A DNA stretch of 63,571 nucleotides, the filler included, from Octopus bimaculoides (Eukaryota), in assembly GCF_001194135.2 (NCBI RefSeq). It is 6 parts of 5 records of this genome, joined end to end, with 100 filler letters (N's around TTAATTAATTAA, not from the genome) between each part and the next. Parts side by side here need not be neighbours in the genome. Positions count along the whole stretch, not along the records: positions 51,868 to 55,339 come from NC_068983.1; positions 55,440 to 61,519 come from NC_068994.1; positions 61,620 to 63,571 come from NC_068997.1; 3 more parts are not named here. One strand, given 5' to 3'. The notes below the pieces were generated by a model. It was not told the origin of the DNA. It did not search any database and saw only the letters and a list, made by a program, of their open reading frames with translations. Below, piece by piece: positions 54,794 through 63,571 of the stretch (positions are counted from its first letter, which is position 1; the number at the start of each line of letters is the position of its first letter). A program made the translations under genes and the position numbers.

Positions 54794-54910
54794 GTTAACG
54801 GTGTTCTCTTTGGGGAGACATCAATTTACTGTGGAGTCCCTCAAGGAACCGTACTGGGACTACTATTGTTTGTGGTGGCTCTCTCAGACACTCCCTCAAT
54901 TGTACAGTAA
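54794..54910 (+). pseudogene. CR1/L2-type LINE reverse-transcriptase fragment
   Basis: VNGVLFGETSIYCGVPQGTVLGLLLFVVALSD matches the SGVPQGSVLGPLLF motif. Confidence 0.75.
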
Positions 54911-55339
54911 GCAGAGCAGGACTAAGACCCATTGAGGCCCTAAGCACTTAAACGATTTTGGCGCTTCCATAAAAGATTATATAATTCAATATATAAGCAA
55001 TAACAAACCATAAAATAAATTTTTTTTTTCGAAACGAAACAAAACTAACAATAAGATGGAAAATAATGTTTATTTTTGTATAGTTCCACTTTATTTATAT
55101 TTGAAAAGTTTCCTCCTACTTTTTGGAATTGCAAAGTCTGTGATCAGATCTTGAAAATTAATCTTAGGTAACACATCTGCATCTGTACTTAGTAGAGATA
55201 AAGGCATCCCGAATATTATTTTAGCAAGTTTAAAGTGATTTCTTTTGTGCTGTAAACCATTTACCATTTCTGAGGGGCCCCTCCCCCGCCCTTCTCTTGA
55301 TGCTTTAAGCACGTGCTTATTTTGCCCCAACAGATCTTT
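54911..55339 (-). mobile_element. Internally deleted hAT transposon derivative (dimerisation-domain remnant)
   Basis: Minus strand LSLLSTDADVLPKINFQDLITDFAIPKSRRKLF matches the hAT C-terminus; TIR-like CAGAGCAGGACTAAG at the left end. Confidence 0.65.
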
Positions 55340-55486
55340 NNNNNNNNNNNNNNNNNNNNNNNNNNNNNNNNNNNNNNNNNNNNTTAATTAATTAANNNNN
55401 NNNNNNNNNNNNNNNNNNNNNNNNNNNNNNNNNNNNNNNATATATCCGTATCTACTTCTATGCATGTATTATATTGTGTGTGTGTG

Positions 55487-55528
<42 letters not shown>

Positions 55529-56018
55529 AGGTGGACGAAGAAAATATAGTCAATGCTAGAGTGTGGTGAATATTTTAATAGACAATGAAACGTCTTGGAT
55601 TATCACTGTTGCGATTCGCCTAAATAATTAGCAGCAAAAAAACTCAGTTACGATTTCCAACGTGTTAATGAGTGTGCGGGCGCGCGGGCGCGCGTGTGTG
55701 TGTGCGCGCGCGTTACTGCTTGCTCTATTGTTGATTTTCTTTAAGTGTTGTCGGTGTATAAGTGATCAGATCCAGACACCAGTTGACCTCCACTGTGTAT
55801 GTGTGCATGTATGTGTGTGTATGAATGCATGTATATATATATTTATGTACCAATCTATATACATGAATATATATATATATACATATACATACACATTATA
55901 TATATATATACGTTATACATACATATGTGCTAATTATAGATATATTCTTACACAATACATGCACACAGATATGTGTATGTATAAAATATACATATATACA
56001 GACATATATATATATATT

Positions 56019-56108
<90 letters not shown>

Positions 56109-56251
56109 AAGAGAGAGAGAATGAGAGAGAGAATGAGAGAGAGAATGAGAGAGGGGAGAAAGGGAGAGATGGATATAGATATAGGTATAAATATATATGA
56201 AGAAGAGAGTGACAATAACTCGATCAGTTTCGACATAAAACATTGATATTT

Positions 56252-56284
<33 letters not shown>

Positions 56285-56469
56285 CACACACACACACACA
56301 CATAACAATGAGGTAATCTTATTTTAAGATACGTATAAATACATTTCCTCATGTTTATATTCATGAATATACGAGTGTAAATCAATATGTTTGAACGTAA
56401 TGGTGTACGGGTGTTTGTGTGTATGTGTGTGTTCGTGCGTATGGGATAGTAAATCTTTTATCTTTGGCC

Positions 56470-56840
56470 TCTAACTTGTTCCAGGCAATGGACTGCGGCT
56501 ATGCTGGGGCACCGGCTTTAAAGTTTTTCAGGAGACCGAATCACCTCCCGTACTGTTTTTTTTTAAAGTCTGGTACTTATTCTATCGGTCACTTTTGTCG
56601 AACTGCGAAGTTACAATGACGTAAACAAACCAACTCCAGTTGTCAGTCGATGGAGAGAGACAAACTCAAACACACACGCGTGTAGATATATACATACATA
56701 AATACGACGGGCTTCTTTCAGTTTTCCTCAACTAAATCCACCTATGGGCCAGTCCTATAATAGAAGGCATTTACCCAAGTGGGACTGAACCCGGAACCAT
56801 GTGGTTTGGAAAAGAATCTTCTCATCACCACCACGCCTGC
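56470..56840 (-). mobile_element. SINE family C, head plus internal (CA)n plus tail
   Basis: Head at 56700-56840, microsatellite at ~56670-56700, tail at 56470-56670. Confidence 0.75.
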
Positions 56841-58117
56841 ACTTATGTATATGACGCAAACATGTCTCTGGCGCCGATCATGTTGTCTTAAGATCAAATC
56901 CATCAACACCAGCTTGATTTCTATAGTGTAGAACTCCATCATAAGTCTTTTGTGTTCAAATGAGATTAGATTTGGTATTTCGCTATTTCTTGCAGTTTGA
57001 TGGAGCAAGTAGAAACGTTATTAATGTGTATGTAAGGTGCATGTAATGTATCATTGTATACGTATCGCTTTAAGTTTGTGTGTGTGTGTGTGTGTTTGTG
57101 TGTTAGTGTGTGCATGTATTTGCTTGTGTATATGCTTGCAAATTCAAATAGATGAATGTGTGTATGTGAGTTCGCATTTATAAATTCATAAACACACAAA
57201 CACACACACATTAGTATACAAAAATACATTCACAAATGTATATGTGTGCATGTATATATGTATGTTTGTATGTATGTATGAATGTATGTATATGCATATA
57301 TATANNNNNNNNNNNNNNNNNNNNNNNNNNNNNNNNNNNNNNNNNNNNNNNNNNNNNNNNNNNNNNNNNNNNNNNNNNNNNNNNNNNNNNNNNNNNNNNN
57401 NNNNNNNNNNNNNNNNNNNNNNNNNNNNNNNNNNNNNNNNNNNNNNNNNNNNNNNNNNNNNNNNNNNNNNNNNNNNNNNNNNNNNNNNNNNNNNNNNNNN
57501 NNNNNNNNNNNNNNNNNNNNNNNNNNNNNNNNNNNNNNNNNNNNNNNNNNNNNNNNNNNNNNNNNNNNNNNNNNNNNNNNNNNNNNNNNNNNNNNNNNNN
57601 NNNNNNNNNNNNNNNNNNNNNNNNNNNNNNNNNNNNNNNNNNNNNNNNNNNNNNNNNNNNNNNNNNNNNNNNNNNNNNNNNNNNNNNNNNNNNNNNNNNN
57701 NNNNNNNNNNNNNNNNNNNNNNNNNNNNNNNNNNNNNNNNNNNNNNNNNNNNNNNNNNNNNNNNNNNNNNNNNNNNNNNNNNNNNNNNNNNNNNNNNNNN
57801 NNNNNNNNNNNNNNNNNNNNNNNNNNNNNNNNNNNNNNNNNNNNNNNNNNNNNNNNNNNNNNNNNNNNNNNNNNNNNNNNNNNNNNNNNNNNNNNNNNNN
57901 NNNNNNNNNNNNNNNNNNNNNNNNNNNNNNNNNNNNNNNNNNNNNNNNNNNNNNNNNNNNNNNNNNNNNNNNNNNNNNNNNNNNNNNNNNNNNNNNNNNN
58001 NNNNNNNNNNNNNNNNNNNNNNNNNNNNNNNNNNNNNNNNNNNNNNNNNNNNNNNNNNNNNNNNNNNNNNNNNNNNNNNNNNNNNNNNNNNNNNNNNNNN
58101 NNNNNNNNNNNNNNNNN

Positions 58118-58170
<53 letters not shown>

Positions 58171-58258
58171 ATATATATATATACATATATATATACATAT
58201 ACACACACGCATACACATATATATTCATTTAGCCCTCTTTATAATGTGTGTATGCGTA

Positions 58259-58312
<54 letters not shown>

Positions 58313-58877
58313 GTAGACAGACAGAGAGTGAGGATATGTGTCTCTAGATATACATGTAAGCATTTACTTATGAATATGTTACTACGCGTGCATTGACGTT
58401 ATAGTGATTCTTAGAGTGCTTCAGTCCCTGCCCTTTTACAAATCAGAAGTACTCTTTGAATGAACGTTCCAAAACTATATTTTATATAGTTTACACGTTA
58501 CTAACTTGTTTTCCAGCTACTGCTACTAGTGTTACTAAATCAATATGCAAAAAGTCCAACTCGGTGCAGTTAGCAATGTGTAAATAATAAAACTAATATA
58601 TTTTTTTTTATTTACTATATAATGTACGAACCAACATGTTGTGACCTTCACATTTTGATATCAAATTTATATTTACAAATAATGCAAGTTTCCTTAAACG
58701 TGAATAAATACATCTAGATTATTTTTTAAAAATAAAATGATGCAGTTTTTTTTTTCTGTAAATACGGCAATTGATCCTTCTAACCTTCTAAATAACTCTT
58801 CTCTCTTATCACCTCCAACTACTCAATATGTTTGGCTTTGTATTTATGTTACAATCATTATGATTTCGATTATGGAG

Positions 58878-59330
58878 GGGGCGACCAAGCAAAATCGTTA
58901 GCATGCCGGGCGAAATGCTTGCGGCATTTCGTCCGTCTTTATATTCTAAGTTCATATTCCGCCGAGGTGGACTTTGCTTTTCATCCATTGAAGGTCAATA
59001 AAATAAGCATCAGTTGAAAACTTGTGTCCATGTAATCGACTATCTCTTCCTCCGAAATTACTGGCCTTGTGCCAAAATTTGAAACCATTATTAAGGCGGC
59101 GAGCTGGCAAAATCGTTAGCTCACCGGGAGAAATGCTTTGGGGTACTTCGTCCGTCTTCACGTTCTGAGTTCGAATTCTAAAGAGGTCGACTTTGCCTTT
59201 CATCCATTCGGGGTCGATGAAATAGGTACCAGTTGTACCAGTTAGGTACTGCGGTCGATGTAATAGACTTACCCACTTCCCCAAAATTTCAGGACTTGTG
59301 CATATAGTAGGAAGGATTGTTATTATTATC
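58878..59330 (+). mobile_element. Two head-to-tail full-length SINE family A copies
   Basis: Junction GAAACCATTATT/AAGGCGGCGAGCTGG at ~59081-59105. Confidence 0.88.
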
Positions 59331-59403
59331 ATTTGACGAAAACTCTCAGCTTATTTTGCTAGGTATGGTGGAAAGTATCAGCTGTCCACAGTAGTAATTG
59401 GCA

Positions 59404-59668
59404 CGCTGTCCAAGCGTGCCAATTACTACTAGTATCACGTCCACTCTCTTATTTGCCTACAACCTGCGTATTTCCCACTTCAGATCATCATAGGTGTTCA
59501 GTTTTTCTTCTTTCTCTTTGATCCTGTTGTCACCGGGACATGCCATGTCGATTATCATGCAAGTTCTTTCTTTTTTATATAACCCTAACCACAACAATAT
59601 CAGGCTTCCGATATCTGATCTGATGGTCACGCTGAATCATTGCATCCCACAGGATTTTGCAGTCTTTT
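59404..59668 (-). mobile_element. Degenerate RLE retrotransposon fragment (family D)
   Basis: Minus strand KDCKILWDAMIQRDHQIRYRKPDIVV..TCMIIDMACPGDNRIKEKEEKLNTYDDLKWEIRRL..VILVVIGTLG. Confidence 0.8.
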
Positions 59669-60065
59669 ATAATAATGATAATAATAATAATAATAAATCG
59701 ATTCTAGTGCTAACATAACACCACCACCCCCCACACACAGATACGACTTTATCCTTTGCAGACAGAAAACAGACCAACGAACACAGCTATATATACCTAC
59801 ACCCCCCAGAAAAAACATTATACATATGACACCACTACACATACCACACACCCCATCCCCACAGGAGCACCACATTGATAATACACATTTTCCCCACTTC
59901 AAGATAACTCTTGGAGGCTTCACAGCATACCAGCCAAGGGGCATAACTCCTAGACTAAATCCCTAGCTCCTTTTTCGTTCCACCACCTTTTCACAGCAAC
60001 CGTTGACCGGTTGTGCTAATCCACCTCCAACAATAGGGAGCAGTAGCCATATTCCCTTCCATATC

Positions 60066-60158
60066 GGCTAACTCCGATGAGCATAAAGTTATACAATCGG
60101 ATTGTTAGCTAACACCCATTTGTATTCTTTACACGAAACCGATTGGTAAGACCAGCCG
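60066..60158 (+). ncRNA. Decayed type I hammerhead motif with long stem II (CCGAUGA core)
   Basis: GGCTAACT-CCGATGA-[GCATAAAGTTATACAA..TTGTATTCTTTTACAC]-GAA-ACCGATTGGT-A-AGACCAGCC. Confidence 0.5.
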
Positions 60159-60243
60159 TAGTGGATATTTAACGTTAAACATTTCGGATAATATATTTGC
60201 AAAACAAATACATAAACGGAATATATATATATATGTATGTATG

Positions 60244-60277
<34 letters not shown>

Positions 60278-60309
60278 TGTATGCATGTATGTATGTATGT
60301 ATGTATATG

Positions 60310-60607
60310 TAAAAGAGAAAAGAGAGAAAAGAGAGAAAAGAACGTTCAGTCTTTTGAACGTCCGTACGGAAAAGGAAGATGGACGACGGTCACGTGTGAG
60401 CAACGAGAGAGTGAAAAAGAGAAAGAGGGGAAAGAGAGACACCGTTTTCTATTTGTCTCTCTTTCCCCTCTTTCTCTTTCTCTGTCACTCGTTGGTGACA
60501 CGTGACCGTCGTCCATCTTTCTTCTCCTCACGTGATCATCTTTCTTTTCCTGCACGGACATTCAAAAGACTGGACGTTTTCTCATTCTTCTATCTTTTCT
60601 CTTTTTA
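60310..60607. mobile_element. Palindromic foldback MITE-like element
   Basis: Arms 60310-60441 and 60454-60607 are reverse complements apart from one indel. Confidence 0.75.
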
Positions 60608-60801
60608 AAGAAAATATTTCTCCCAGCATTCACTATTATCCTCTCATTCAGGTCTAACGACCCTCCATGTTTGTTTTCGCTAGGTAAATTGTCGCCATTT
60701 TATATTTTTAATTTCGCGCATACGCATTGTTTGTTTTTGATTTTGTCGGATACACAATATAGTAAGGTTAGTTGGGCACCGTCTGTGAGAAAAACAGCAT
60801 C

Positions 60802-61519
60802 ATGACGCATTTTACTCTGCCCAGAAATTTGGAAATGATATGCTGTACTGCTTGGTATTCACGGCATAAGCTCCAATACGAACGTTTCACAATGTTTGGG
60901 TGTCAATCTGATGACAGTACAAAGGGTTCGGAAAGCGTTGGATGAGTCTAATGGTGATGACAAAAGTACGGCAGCTCGGAAAACCCACTCTGATCTTTCT
61001 GATAAGGAAGGAACCCCTGAATTTGCTGGTGAGATCCAGACTATGATTGACAACGATCCCTACATGTCAATCAGGCCCATCGTCAGGGACATGGGAGTAT
61101 CTGAGTTTCTTATCAGGCAGGTAGTGCATGAAGACATTCGGTATTCTTCATACAAGATGAGAAAAGGCCAATTTTTATCCCAAGCCATCAAGGACAAGAA
61201 GAAAGATCGCGCTACGAAGCTTCTGAACTAACTCAAGCATCCCCACCAACCGAATATGCTTTGATTTTTCTCAGACGAGAAAAAACTTCAGCCAGGATCA
61301 GATGGTGAACACACAAAACAACTGTGTCCCCAAAATATGTACCGAGAGTGATAAAATCAAACATCCAGTCAACATCATGGTGTTTGGAGTAATCACTAGT
61401 GATAGCGAAGTTATGCCTCCATTCATCTTCCCATACGGCCTCAGATTCAACACAGAGGCCTACATCAGATGCCTGGAGGAGGCAGTGCTGCCCTGGGTCA
61501 AGAGGGTGGCTGCTGGAAG
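60802..61519 (+). pseudogene. Tc1/mariner superfamily (maT/DD37D-like) transposase pseudogene
   Basis: ATG at 60802; HTH GVNLMTVQRVRK; second HTH SIRPIVRDMGVSEFLIRQVV; FSDEK first catalytic Asp; IMVFGVITSD..PPFIF..YIRCLEEAVLPW; stops and frameshifts; cut by a gap; subfamily label is tentative. Confidence 0.88.
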
Positions 61520-62254
61520 NNNNNNNNNNNNNNNNNNNNNNNNNNNNNNNNNNNNNNNNNNNNTTAATTAATTAANNNNNNNNNNNNNNNNNNNNNNNNN
61601 NNNNNNNNNNNNNNNNNNNCAACTTCATATTTATGGGTTTCTTAACATGATACATGTCATTTTTTTTTTTGTTAAACCTTTTTCCTTTACTCAATTAAGT
61701 GTGTTTATGGAGAGAAAAATATTAAAGAAACAAGGGAAGTATCAGACCATTGAAAGATGTGCTAAAAACAACAGCTAAATCACCTTTTTTGTCATAGTGA
61801 AACTATATTCAACACTGTTTTATGAATTTGTTTCTCTCACCATAATACAAGGTATCTTCCATTTAAACTTTTTCTATTACTCAAAAACTAAATGAGTCTA
61901 AAAGAATTTACTTTTAAACTTCCTCCATTGCACTCGTATTAAGAAATTCATAAATATGGGGTTGAATTTTTTTCATTTTTTTTTTTTAGCGAAAACGTTA
62001 CTCCTATCGTTTTTAAATGCATAGTGCACACAAACTCAACCAAAATCAGTTCGAAGGGGTGGAGAGTAAAAAGCATCGTGCGTAGTGCCCACAAAATCGA
62101 CCAAAATTGGTCAGGGAGAAATTTTTTTTTTTGGTAAAAAGATGCTTCCCTCCATTTACCAATGGCACCATGAAAAAAAGAAATCTGAAAATCTTCATCA
62201 AAATGGAGAAATTCCAACTTGTGTGTGCTACCTGATGTCCACTGTGCAATCGAT

Positions 62255-62630
62255 AATAGGCACAAGGGAAGATCAGTTGATATCCAGTACTTGACTGGTA
62301 CTTTATTTTATCGACCTGGGAGGGTTAAAAGGCAAAGTTGACATTGGCAAGATTTGAACTTAGAACATAAAATTGACGGACCGTAACAAATCGGTTTCCA
62401 TTTTTCCAACTCTAACCATTCTGCAAACTCTATGAATTAGTTACAATGGTTAAACATTATTTGTATTCAATATCGTCTGCCGCGACGTTCTGAGTTGAAA
62501 TTCCGCCAAAGTCGACTTTGCCTTTCATCCTTTCGAGGTTGATAAACCTGTTGAGTACTGGTGTTGATGTAATCGACTTACCCCCTCCCCCAAAATTGCA
62601 GGCCTTGTGCCTGTAGCAGAAAGGATTATT
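62255..62630. mobile_element. Divergent (inverted) pair of SINE family A copies
   Basis: Minus copy ~62255-62450; plus copy ~62468-62630. Confidence 0.75.
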
Positions 62631-63571
62631 TGTATTCAGTAATGAAAGCAACAAGAATTTCTACTGAAAATTTTCGAGGTTCTATAACAACATCAAATAA
62701 TAAAAAGAAATGTTTATTCAACAGTGAAAGCAGTATTTAGAAGTACTCTTTCACTTTCTGTAATGTAATATGATTAGGATATTGAACGTTATTACAAAGA
62801 CATACAATTATCTTTCTAAAAGAAGAAACTAAGATAAGAGGCTGATGCATAAAAATTGTGAAAGTTTTGAAGACCATTAAACAGTCTTCCAGATAATATT
62901 CACCTCTTACCAGCCTATCTGATGAGCCATGTCTCATGCAACCTGCCACTCGAAAAACATTGCCCATGTCTAGTTTAGTGTAACAGAATGTCTCCAATCA
63001 ATAAAATCTGGAATTAAAGATCATGCAAAGCAGTTTAATAAAGATTGAGATTGTAACAAAAACTGGTTTTCAATGCGGGGGAAAAAAATTAATATAAAAT
63101 GGTCATAGATTTCAAACACTTACTATTTGGAAAAAATCCATCTGAACTTTTGTCTAAGTTAGCTTTATCACTTATCATTGCAAATGCTGACATAGAGAGA
63201 GTATTTAGCTAGCTCAATTTTATGAAATCAAATGAGCATGACCAGGCATGGTACCATAAAGTTTTCAAAGGGAGGGCACAAGGTCTGAAGGGAATACAAT
63301 TCCAGGAGAAAAGGGCATAATAACATTATTTATAAAGGTGCACTTTTTTTTTTTTTGAGGGGAGGCATGTGCAGCTCTATTACATTACTTTTAGAGCCCC
63401 CCCCCCCTGCAACTTTTTGTTTTGAGGCCCCATCCCTTCAATCAAAATTCATAATCTACGCACCTTTTATTCACAGCTATATTTTACTTTATTCTGTCTG
63501 AAGTTCAATATTTCATGTTATCCTAAAGAACATCTTTAAAAGTAAATTTATTGAGGTCTATTACAAATTTC

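Noticed and set aside
59400-59433. Helitron-like 3' end (GC hairpin followed by CTAGT)
   Set aside because: The arm and CTAG are coding sequence of the adjacent RLE fragment; no Helitron 5' end seen

Overview
AT-rich, gap-riddled eukaryotic scaffold, roughly 15-20% N. It is almost entirely microsatellites and interspersed repeats. The SINE families and microsatellite density resemble a cephalopod (Octopus-like) genome; this is inference from memory of such repeats, not a search result. I find no intact protein-coding gene, and nearly all ORFs in the track are translations of (TA)n/(CA)n/(GAA)n/(AAT)n tracts or N runs. The recognisable coding remnants are all transposon-derived: five restriction-like-endonuclease (RLE) C-termini of R4/Dong-type non-LTR retrotransposons in about four families, all beside (AAT)n tracts; Penelope-like RT and GIY-YIG remnants; Tx1/L1-like and CR1/L2-like RT fragments; two Tc1/mariner transposase pseudogenes; and a hAT derivative. 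Three tRNA-derived SINE families occur in many copies. The most notable signals are (i) several minimal type I hammerhead ribozyme motifs, including a 334-bp tandem retrozyme-like repeat and two copies with the same CCGAUGA core variant, (ii) (AAT)n landing pads loaded with arrays of site-specific elements, (iii) several long foldback structures, and (iv) a minisatellite built from kB/STAT-like motifs. These mostly fit known classes of mobile elements; I cannot support a wholly new system.
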